35,239 bases of DNA from assembly GCA_008080735.1 (NCBI GenBank), contig SHMW01000027.1, forward strand, positions 1-35,239, read 5' to 3'. The notes below the pieces were generated by a model. The model was not told the origin of the DNA, made no database searches, and saw nothing but the letters and a program-made list of their open reading frames with translations. The position numbers and the translations under genes are program-made. Source of the stretch: Promethearchaeota archaeon (GTDB lineage: Archaea > Asgardarchaeota > Lokiarchaeia > Sigyniarchaeales > SOKP01). Numbering within the stretch: the first letter of the stretch is position 1; each line of letters opens with the position of its first letter. Positions 10,301 through 17,753 of the stretch are shown in pieces.

Positions 10301-10724
10301 TAAAGAGTGAAATAATTTTTGAATTAATTCTATTTATTACTTTTTCTCCGAGAATTCTATGAAATATTGTTAATCCTTCTTTCGATTCAGATGAAATCGC
10401 AATATAAATAAAATCAATTAAAGGATAAAGGGAGATATAAATAAGGCAAACAGAAAGGGGGATTAGAAGTACTAATTCATTAATTTTTTCAGGTGGGTTT
10501 ATCCCCATTGTCCACAAATCCGGAGATTTTATTGCAAATATGAACGCCATCGCAACTATTATTATTACAGCCATACTAAAGATTAAACCATAGAAAATAC
10601 AGAGCAAAATTTCTTTATATGACAATTCACCTTTTTTGACTAAAGCAACCTGCTTATAGATGATATAAAATCCGATTAGGACAAACACGGCAAAAATTAT
10701 AGCTAATAGTATCTCAGCAATCAC
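7365..10724 (-). CDS. Multi-pass membrane protein with long C-terminal HEAT-repeat solenoid
   Basis: About 9-10 hydrophobic helices in aa 1-360, then many HEAT units (DDDPKVRE, DPEWRLK, DPSSLVRAA, DSFIRESAA, DEDWIVREAA, DEETWVRRSA, DPSENVRN). Confidence 0.85.
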   Translation of the reverse strand: MIAEILLAIIFAVFVLIGFYIIYKQVALVKKGELSYKEILLCIFYGLIFSMAVIIIVAMAFIFAIKSPDLWTMGINPPEKINELVLLIPLSVCLIYISLYPLIDFIYIAISSESKEGLTIFHRILGEKVINRINSKIISLFISLGVYFLIFVVPPLLITLAGVPFIMIWSTWFLVYPLMILTYFGAKGYIAGITNAFIHIPDMKRSIFLGYEDSKRSMDEFIDDPFPYITLGLMLFVFVWQWISMFQTLGFLATGSLAISTYSYSGMVFVTLLFGVVGYFTRFWGRKIQYRGIDVFFAAYLMAAVGINVLVNFLIVNIDKLTETFNSWVFTATIPPNSILFAIPAVIEEIVLITFTSYYFLSRKSEFNINLKFSKINQYAQTFDPVPLFNYLKSSDPEVSKNAQKALIKMYERIPHKVDIDIDHIKIKYQLLDGLCDDDPKVREVSYKIFLMLQDEAPEKIKQWVIEELRSPNYDKSIRIAQSLIETNFSFLKLIPIKLLTELTEDPEWRLKLISLKAISRLIKEVDVGMDNLNIQSLLNDPENKIQVEALNILSKTSYKVPIDLIINKINHPNKKIRASAIKNLKNFKLDEFDSELIPNLIPLMRDPSSLVRAAIFEVLGNLGNFKKYSIPIPPILDGLSSQNPKLREASVFAISKYFKEKPKAIDIKNIINKIDKRDTDSLLSIISVLGNMWRKNEEEILNILLDFIKVDSVDIKSKVSQILVEKTKYDPKLILSELVKIPDVSRFVSKGIISRTLIKMAQSYPDKIIPELIKLSESENKDIQLNVFSALEGLADEYSDQIDIKRILSILKTTSEEGIKKEASKILAKIAKQDPQSIKPVINEFLEVFDEQETSVKITLVKSFSEIAENNPNLISIDSAIQLFSEQDSFIRESAAKMIGKIGALSENYKDAVDALLNEALSDEDWIVREAAINALGKIVAQIKNKDFVIKKLISLLDDEETWVRRSAINLLSEIKELKPSEIPFKIIKNNTQHENENVREATAKLLKRYVEVDIDNIFDEIFDLLEDPSENVRNRMINSMDEIIRQKGITPFLPKLLKHLSDEFSIELQRSIAILLGRTVRYEEEEIKKRVISLLKIRCEMSQDETICGVLHRLTEG

Positions 10725-10851
10725 GGGATTTCACAAAAGTAGTAATTTATTAAATAATTAAATATAATTTCTAATTTCTATTTGTTATAATGCATTATGT
10801 TTACAAAATAAAAAATATAATTGAATTATAAAAAGCTATTGAAATAGAAAT

Positions 10852-11406
10852 TTGTTAAAAATTAAAGAAGATTTAGAGGAGTTGCTAACCAGAACGAATT
10901 TTGTTTTCAAGCATTCAGAAATATTAACAGAATGTGTAAAAGATTACAAAGGTTTTTCCCTCTTAAATATGAAAATTGGTCCTTTTAAACGAGGAAAGAA
11001 CTACAAATTAAAATTCTTCATAGCAGTCCCATTAATAAAAAAAAATATATTGATATTATCACCTCAAGAGAAATGTGATAACATCGTTGTTCAAAGATAC
11101 GCAATAAGTGAAAGAGATGATCGCAGACTAAGAGAGATTGATGAAAAGAACTTTCTGAATAAAATTAAGGAATTTAAACTTTTTATGGAAAAAATGATTG
11201 AAGATGGAACTAAACCAAAATCAGATTTAGATAAATTCAATTCATATAAGGCTAATATTATAGATAGTCGTTTATTAAAATTACTTAGATTAGCTCGCAC
11301 TGAATTGTCTGTAGCAGATGAAAGAAGATTAACAAATTCCGAGCGGATATTAATTAGTAAGATTTCAGAATTAATACATAAATGGAGAGGGTTTTATATT
11401 CAATAA
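10852..11406 (+). CDS. gins23: GINS complex subunit, Gins23 (Psf2/Psf3-like)
   Basis: N-terminal beta B-domain (IGPFKRG...KFFIAVPLIKKN), then helical A-domain ending R.LKLLRLA...LTNSE..L...I...I.KWR; lies near mcm. Confidence 0.75.
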   Translation: MLKIKEDLEELLTRTNFVFKHSEILTECVKDYKGFSLLNMKIGPFKRGKNYKLKFFIAVPLIKKNILILSPQEKCDNIVVQRYAISERDDRRLREIDEKNFLNKIKEFKLFMEKMIEDGTKPKSDLDKFNSYKANIIDSRLLKLLRLARTELSVADERRLTNSERILISKISELIHKWRGFYIQ

Positions 11407-11416
11407 AAATAGACAA

Positions 11417-12106
11417 TTAGTATATTAGTTTTAATTTCTTTACTCCATATTCTAAAAAGTATTCCTCAACTTTTCGTGCAATTTTTTGGTCGATTTTTGT
11501 TTTTTGATAAATTTTTGGTAGGAGTTCTAAGGCATTACTCATTGAATAATATGGGATGTCTTTTGTATTAAGTATCTCCTCTACTGTTTTACCGTCAGGT
11601 CTTATTTCATCCCGATTAGTTAAGCTTATCGTAGCGGTAATCTTTATTTCTAATTCTAAAAATTTGTCAACAACTTCAATTAAAGATTGTCCAGTAGTGG
11701 TCACGTCTTCTAGAATAATTAAATTCCCCCTCGGTACGCCTAAATAATATCTGTCTTTAAGTTGACCGTGTTTCTTTGGGGCTCCGCGACCCATTGATAA
11801 AATAAATTCACCTTCTCCATAATCATTTTGTGATTTAGCCCATTTAAATTGCGTAATCAATCCAATTTTAGTGGCTCCTTCAGGCACTCCAAAAAAACAC
11901 TTTGGTTCTAAATTTAATTCTTTTACATATTTTATAATAAAATCTGATAATTCATCTGTTAAATATACATCAGCAACAATATCTCTCCAATTGACGTACC
12001 AATAGGAAACTCTTCCAGATTTTAAGGTGATTGGTTCTTTAAAAAAACCAATAACATTATTATCTATAACAAAGTTGGCAAATTTTTCCCTTATATTATG
12101 AATCAT
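11417..12106 (-). CDS. pyrE: Orotate phosphoribosyltransferase
   Basis: ITLKSGRVS.WYVN, KKHG loop, PRPP-binding IILEDVTTTGQS; overlaps the upstream ORF by 4 nt (ATGA). Confidence 0.9.
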   Translation of the reverse strand: MIHNIREKFANFVIDNNVIGFFKEPITLKSGRVSYWYVNWRDIVADVYLTDELSDFIIKYVKELNLEPKCFFGVPEGATKIGLITQFKWAKSQNDYGEGEFILSMGRGAPKKHGQLKDRYYLGVPRGNLIILEDVTTTGQSLIEVVDKFLELEIKITATISLTNRDEIRPDGKTVEEILNTKDIPYYSMSNALELLPKIYQKTKIDQKIARKVEEYFLEYGVKKLKLIY

Positions 12107-12621
12107 TTACTATCACGGAATTTAATATATTCTTTTCGTGCTTTAGCATATTCTTCTGCACTTATCTTACCATCCATAAATAAGTCTTCCTTTTCTCGCA
12201 TAATCTTACGCTTTTCATTTAATTTTTTCCGTCTTTCTTCTCTTCTAAATAATTCTAAGATTCCATCTGCTAATGTTTTAATATCTTTATTTTCTTTTTT
12301 CAGCAAATTTTCTAAGTAAGGTTTAATAGGTCTCGCCAAGTCTAAATTTTCATTTGCAATTTTATCTATTCGTTCTAAAGCATTGAAAATCTCTTCATTA
12401 TCCTCTCCTTCCAATACCTCAATTAATCTTGGAATAGCAACATCCTCCATTATTTCATCTAAATATTTCTCAACAGCTTTCCTTACCTTCTCATCGTCAT
12501 AAGTATCCAATTTGTTATTTCTAATGTATTCAATAAAAATTAATGGAAGCTCGATTGACCATTCTTGCATTTTTTTTTTATCAATTAATTGTACGATCCC
12601 TCCATCTTTTTTGCGAAACAC
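12103..12621 (-). CDS. Hypothetical protein: two HEAT-like repeats, coiled coil and C-terminal SHOCT-like motif
   Basis: AIPRLIEVLEGED..., IKPYLENLLKKENKDIK..., DGKISAEEYAKARKEYI; SD-like GAGGTGA upstream; coupled to pyrE. Confidence 0.7.
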   Translation of the reverse strand: MFRKKDGGIVQLIDKKKMQEWSIELPLIFIEYIRNNKLDTYDDEKVRKAVEKYLDEIMEDVAIPRLIEVLEGEDNEEIFNALERIDKIANENLDLARPIKPYLENLLKKENKDIKTLADGILELFRREERRKKLNEKRKIMREKEDLFMDGKISAEEYAKARKEYIKFRDSK

Positions 12622-12642
12622 TCTAATAATTAATCACCTCTA

Positions 12643-13830
12643 TTATAACCAATCCCCAGTTGTAAGTTTTTCTGGAAGATATTTTTCAGTGAGAAATTCA
12701 AACCCATGCGATGAGAGTGCTTGAATCTCTGCTTTTTTCTTAATTTTTAAGGCTAATTCAAGATCTTTTTTCCATTCTTTATTCTTTTTGACAAAATCTT
12801 CTTTGAGCAGATCTTTCGTTCGTTTAATATCTGTTTTATTCATATCCAACCGACAATCATCAGGAACATTATATTTATCCAAATCTCTTGTTAATACCCC
12901 CAAAAGCTTTATATCGGGGGTTGCTAAGAAAGGAGATTCATAACTCAATCTCTTAGAACCTCGCATATATACACTATGGATATAATGTCCATAAGGATCA
13001 CTGTCTACCAAACTAAAGACGGGAAGTTGTAATTCTTTACTTAGTCGTTTCAGAAACATCCGTACAGCTACATTTCCTACACCTTGAGCAGTGAGAATGA
13101 TGCAAGGATAATCCTTCCAGAAGCGTGCTTCCGCCAGTCGCATCATCGCAGCATCCTTTTCTACTACGAGAATAAATTCAGCATCAGACTCTAGGATTTC
13201 AATATTATCTAACATTGGACTAATTCCCCAACCCCCACTACCTAATCCTTCTAGATCAATAATATCATTTTTATCCCTTATTCTTAGTCTTCCGACACAG
13301 GATCCTCTCGCAGATGCAACGACGTGGGTCGAATTTCTCGTAGTGTAAAGCATTGTTGCCACATCCTCGATACTTTTATCACTGTTTTTTTGATCTTGAA
13401 AAAGTTTTACGTCAGTATAAAAAATTTCACGTTTAGTCGCATGCATATCCTTCTTTAATAATTCGTTTATAATTTCTAAAACTCTCATTAATCTGGTAAT
13501 ATCCGCCACACTTGTTAATGAATGAAATTGCTTTTTTTGAATTTGTCTTCCAAGCAATAATAGATCAGATTCCTCATCCCAAATGATATTTGAATTGGAA
13601 CGAGATGGTAATTCAATAACGGGTTTTCCGGTAATGTATATTTCTTCGATGAGGCTATCGACTAATGAATATAATCTATCTAATGCCTCTCTTCTCCTTA
13701 AATCGTCTATTTTTATGGTATCCTTGGGTAATTCGATATCTGTTTCACCCAATTCTTGGTCTTGAAGGTTATTCATTAATTGTTTCGTAGCTTTCAAATC
13801 CCATTCCAATTTCTTTTCATTTTTCGGCAT
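12643..13830 (-). CDS. top6A: DNA topoisomerase VI subunit A (Spo11 family)
   Basis: TKREIFY (catalytic Tyr), TOPRIM VVEKDA and DSDPYG, KAEIQAL; SD-like GGTGA upstream. Confidence 0.97.
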   Translation of the reverse strand: MPKNEKKLEWDLKATKQLMNNLQDQELGETDIELPKDTIKIDDLRRREALDRLYSLVDSLIEEIYITGKPVIELPSRSNSNIIWDEESDLLLLGRQIQKKQFHSLTSVADITRLMRVLEIINELLKKDMHATKREIFYTDVKLFQDQKNSDKSIEDVATMLYTTRNSTHVVASARGSCVGRLRIRDKNDIIDLEGLGSGGWGISPMLDNIEILESDAEFILVVEKDAAMMRLAEARFWKDYPCIILTAQGVGNVAVRMFLKRLSKELQLPVFSLVDSDPYGHYIHSVYMRGSKRLSYESPFLATPDIKLLGVLTRDLDKYNVPDDCRLDMNKTDIKRTKDLLKEDFVKKNKEWKKDLELALKIKKKAEIQALSSHGFEFLTEKYLPEKLTTGDWL

Positions 13831-13842
13831 TTAATCTTCACC

Positions 13843-16800
13843 TTAATTTAATTTCCAAAATTTCTTTCCTTTGTTAGATTTTACAACAACTTTTTCTTTT
13901 CTTTCCAGTTCTTTTAATTTTACTTGTAAAAGTCGAGCATCTAGCATATCTTTTATTCTCATCTTAAAGATTAAATCTTGAATATTTTGCCATTTATTTT
14001 CTTCCAACGCTTCTAAGATTGCCTCGTTAGTGATAACAGGTAACTTTTGCTGTCTCGTTTTTGAGGGCATTGGTGGGGCTTTTACTTTTTTCTTCCTCTT
14101 TTCCTTTGTTATTTTTTGGGGTTTTTCTACTACTTTCTCTTTTTCCTTTTCTTTTTCTTTGACACCCACCGCGATTTGAATAGTTTCAATTATTTCTGCT
14201 TTTCTTGCACGGGAAGGTAAATCCACATCCTTTTTGTCGGCAATGCTCTTTAATTCCTTTACTGTATAATCGTCGAGGTTTTCGAAATCGATTTCTTCCC
14301 TTTTCTCTTCTTCTCTTTCTTTCTCTTTTTCTTTTTTCTTTTCTTCTTTTTCTTCCTTCAATTCAATGGAATCTTCAATAGTCTCAATTATTTCTGCTTT
14401 TCTTGCACGTGAAGGTAAATCCACATCCTTTTTGTCGGCAATGCTCTTTAATTCCTTTACTGTATAATCGTCGAGGTTTTCGAAATCAACTTCTTCCTTT
14501 TTCTCTTCTTCTCTTTCTTTCTCTTTTTCTTTTTTCTTTTCCTCTTTTTCTTCCTTCAATTCAATGGAATCTTCAATTGTATCAATTATTTCTGCTTTTC
14601 TTGCACGTGAAGGTAAATCCACATCCTTTTTGTCGGCAATACCTTTTAATTCCTTTACAGTATAATCTTCAAGATTTTCAACGTCAATTATTTCTTTTTC
14701 TCTCTCTTTCTTAATCTTTCTCTTTTTAGAAATCTTTTCTCTAAGATCTTCGCTGATTTGGGGTCTTTCCTTCCTAATTGGTGTTTTCATTAATTTTTCG
14801 AGTTCTTCTTTCGAGATCTCATCTTTATAATTACTACCTTCTTGAGCAATATTATACAGACTGCTGACAAATTTAGGAATATATTTTTCAATCAAGTTGG
14901 CTCGTTTTTCTTTTTTCCGTATTTTCGCCCGTCTGTTGAGATAAACTCTTAATCTTCTCCCGATAGCTTCTAAACAATATTTGATTTCATTTATAAGATC
15001 CTCATCATCAGCAAGTGCGTTTTTGGATTGGGATTTGAACATTAAATGCACGTAAGGTCCAGATACATTCACCAGTAATTTAATTGGGCCTTTAGGTAAG
15101 CCATTATCAAAACTATCTAAATTATAATTTTTCCAGTTAACAGCTTGAACAGCCTTCGTTATTGCACAATCCGCAGTGTCTCTCAATTTTGGTGTTCTAT
15201 TAACAAATCGAGATAACACATCTCGGGAACGTTTAGGTACTTCTAATTTATTTGCATAGGCAAGGACACCCTCAACAATATATGCCAATCCTTTACCACT
15301 CGTCGGATCCCGCGTTTCCGCTGCTACAAAATCATCCTCTCTAGTGAAGTTTTCTACAAAATATTCAAAAACTTGTTTATAATCTATTTCTTCTGAAGTT
15401 TCTGAAAGTTCTAATAAAGAGTGCAAATCTTGTGAATACCCTTCTGGCTCAAAATTGTCGTTTTCTAGTAAAAATTGTGATAAAATCTTCGAATTGAATT
15501 CTATCAATTCCTTATCAGTTAATTCAGTATTCTCTAAATCTTCTTCGCTAATTTCTGGGTTTTCCCCCAATAGACGTTGTTTTTTGCGTTTTAAAGCGCT
15601 CCTTGTTGAGGTTTTAAGATCTTCAACTGGTGTTCCAAAATCATCCAAATTTTCTGAAACTTTTAATCCCAATTCCTTTATCAGTGTATTTTCTAATACC
15701 ACATCACCAACGGGTACGACGGTATCTGTGGGAGGTGACATATATTTTACCGACTTAAAGGCAAAAAAGAGAGAATTAAATTGATCATTTGTAAGATCTT
15801 GTGGTCTTGCGTCCGAAATTTTTACTTCTTCTACCAAATCTTCAAAATCTCGAACTTTCTTCTTCGTTTTTATCTCTTCTAATCCTGTTTTTTGATCTTT
15901 AAAAATCTTATTTAGATTAGCTCTCAGACTGTCTTTGTCATCCCTTATTGCATCTATCTTCCTTCTGAGTTTTCTCACGTCCCTCTTGATTTTTCTCTGT
16001 TCTTTTTTTGTGTCTGCTTTTTGGATTTTTGTTTTAAATTTTTTAATCTTATCTGTAATTTCATCAATTTCATCGTTTAAGTCTTGATATTTTTCAATCT
16101 CGTTCCAATATTGCTCTTTAATTTCATCTGATTTCACTTCATATACAATTAATTTATCTCGTGGCCTTGATGACCTTCCATATACACGTTTTTCATATCT
16201 AAGAAAATATATATCATCGCTTTTCTTCTTAACTTTCTTAAGAAATCCAGTATCTAGAATTAAAAGATTTAGTTTGTCTTGAAGATCTCGTTCTGCCAGC
16301 TCCACGACTTCCTTGGCCGTGTTGTAGCTCATACGGACAAAATTATCCTGTAAAAATGAAGTCAATGATAAATGTTCTGATTTTCCTAATAAATCTTGAA
16401 GATCACCTATATTAGTTGAGGATGGATGGGGTTTTGCATATTTTGGCTCTGCTGGAAATGAGGAAACCTTTCTTGGAAAGATATATTCTTCGTCGTAAGG
16501 GTCTATATAAATTATTGTTACGTGAGGATTCATTAGGGCCGTTTCTTTCACATAGGTATCTACATAACCTCTGACATATTTTATATTAAGATAATTGAGC
16601 TTAATATAGGTACCATGTAGGAACGGGACATCTATTTCGGTGGGATGGACCACATACCTTTTTTCGTTTTTTGAAGTAGTAAAAAATTCAGAAGCTGTCG
16701 CATAGAGATTATCCGCTGTTTTAGAAACGGCAACAATGGGTTTTCCAGTAGTATTTTGAGAATCACTAAATGCGCTTGGTGCTCCAAAACCTTGACTTCC

Positions 16801-17475
16801 TCTGGTTTGCTTTAGCTCAATACTTTTGGAAGAGGCAAGATATTTCCCATATTTTTCAACATCTACCTTAGCCATTCCCAATCCATTATCAAATACTTCA
16901 AATTTATAACTCATAACATTTTTAGCATCTATTTCTCCAGTTAATAGTGAATGTGCTTCTGATTCTGTCAATCTCATAATAACAATGGGCTCTTTATCAA
17001 TAATTTTTATATTATTGACTGGCGCTATTAAACTTTCCATGTCTCTTATAAGATTTTTTACTTCAATTTCTTCAATCTCTTCCTTTTTTTTAGGCTTCGG
17101 TTCTTCTTTCTTGGGTTTTTCTCCCTTTGGCTTTTCTTCCAAAATGCTTTTTGATTGTGGGCGTATCTCCCCTAATAAGGTTCGTTTAGCCTCATCATCA
17201 AGTTCATGAGAATCCTCCTCCTCAACTTCTTTTTGGAGAACCGAAAAGTTCTCTAAAAAGATTTCCTGATCTAATGTGTATGCTATACTAGAATCTTCCT
17301 TCTTAAGTTCTGACCATTGGAATGTTTCTATTGCGTCAAGAGCATTATCTAAGAATTCTGCGGCATATTGTGCATGCTTCCAATATCCGAACTCAAACCC
17401 AACTAATTGGGTTCTTTTGCGCATGAACTGTGCGATAGTACCTTGTGTTATCCGTCCTTCCTCTTCAGTAGTCAT
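13843..17475 (-). CDS. top6B: DNA topoisomerase VI subunit B, greatly expanded (1210 aa)
   Basis: GHKL motifs EFLDNALDA, DNGLGM, QTRGSQGFG, HGT; KETALMNPH, KPHP, SPPT, RFVNRTP, FKSQSKNALA; adjacent to top6A. Confidence 0.95.
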   Translation of the reverse strand: MTTEEEGRITQGTIAQFMRKRTQLVGFEFGYWKHAQYAAEFLDNALDAIETFQWSELKKEDSSIAYTLDQEIFLENFSVLQKEVEEEDSHELDDEAKRTLLGEIRPQSKSILEEKPKGEKPKKEEPKPKKKEEIEEIEVKNLIRDMESLIAPVNNIKIIDKEPIVIMRLTESEAHSLLTGEIDAKNVMSYKFEVFDNGLGMAKVDVEKYGKYLASSKSIELKQTRGSQGFGAPSAFSDSQNTTGKPIVAVSKTADNLYATASEFFTTSKNEKRYVVHPTEIDVPFLHGTYIKLNYLNIKYVRGYVDTYVKETALMNPHVTIIYIDPYDEEYIFPRKVSSFPAEPKYAKPHPSSTNIGDLQDLLGKSEHLSLTSFLQDNFVRMSYNTAKEVVELAERDLQDKLNLLILDTGFLKKVKKKSDDIYFLRYEKRVYGRSSRPRDKLIVYEVKSDEIKEQYWNEIEKYQDLNDEIDEITDKIKKFKTKIQKADTKKEQRKIKRDVRKLRRKIDAIRDDKDSLRANLNKIFKDQKTGLEEIKTKKKVRDFEDLVEEVKISDARPQDLTNDQFNSLFFAFKSVKYMSPPTDTVVPVGDVVLENTLIKELGLKVSENLDDFGTPVEDLKTSTRSALKRKKQRLLGENPEISEEDLENTELTDKELIEFNSKILSQFLLENDNFEPEGYSQDLHSLLELSETSEEIDYKQVFEYFVENFTREDDFVAAETRDPTSGKGLAYIVEGVLAYANKLEVPKRSRDVLSRFVNRTPKLRDTADCAITKAVQAVNWKNYNLDSFDNGLPKGPIKLLVNVSGPYVHLMFKSQSKNALADDEDLINEIKYCLEAIGRRLRVYLNRRAKIRKKEKRANLIEKYIPKFVSSLYNIAQEGSNYKDEISKEELEKLMKTPIRKERPQISEDLREKISKKRKIKKEREKEIIDVENLEDYTVKELKGIADKKDVDLPSRARKAEIIDTIEDSIELKEEKEEKKKEKEKEREEEKKEEVDFENLDDYTVKELKSIADKKDVDLPSRARKAEIIETIEDSIELKEEKEEKKKEKEKEREEEKREEIDFENLDDYTVKELKSIADKKDVDLPSRARKAEIIETIQIAVGVKEKEKEKEKVVEKPQKITKEKRKKKVKAPPMPSKTRQQKLPVITNEAILEALEENKWQNIQDLIFKMRIKDMLDARLLQVKLKELERKEKVVVKSNKGKKFWKLN
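14180..14680 (-). repeat. 198-bp (66-codon) near-identical tandem repeat, about 2.5 copies, inside top6B
   Basis: TCAATTATTTCTGCTTTTCTTGCAC recurs at 14186, 14384 and 14582 (period 198). Encodes ENL(E/D)DYTVKELK(G/S)IADKKDVDLPSRARKAEII three times, with K/E-rich linkers. Confidence 0.97.
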
Positions 17476-17537
17476 TATTTAAAACCTTATTCCTCCAATA
17501 TATCAAAAGAGTTTATCATCTAGAAAATAAAAGAAAT

Positions 17538-17573
17538 CATATATTAATATGTTAAATGCCCCATTAATATGGG
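17538..17573. promoter_or_regulatory. Putative operator upstream of top6B
   Basis: Inverted repeats CATAT-ATTA-ATATG (17538-17551) and CCCAT-TAAT-ATGGG (17560-17573), sharing ATTAATATG at 20-bp spacing. Confidence 0.3.
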
Positions 17574-17753
17574 ATTTTATAATAGGGGTATGAATACACA
17601 TTTATAAACTCAACTTTCTATAATAAATCTGGAACTAGCTTCAGTTATTAGAAAAACTGATTTATTATTTAAATCTTTTCTTTCATAAAGTTTATAAGAA
17701 GTGATGTTGAAATTCTCCAATTAGTCCAACAGAAAAAACCTATTATCGAAATT

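Noticed and set aside
14180-14680. Tandem repeat as a possible CRISPR array or mobile element
   Set aside because: The period is 198 bp, in frame within top6B, with no unique spacers and no cas or transposase genes.
15345-17322. Inteins explaining the large Top6B (or MCM) size
   Set aside because: No C/S...HN-C/S/T splice junctions or LAGLIDADG motifs; MCM is normal length.
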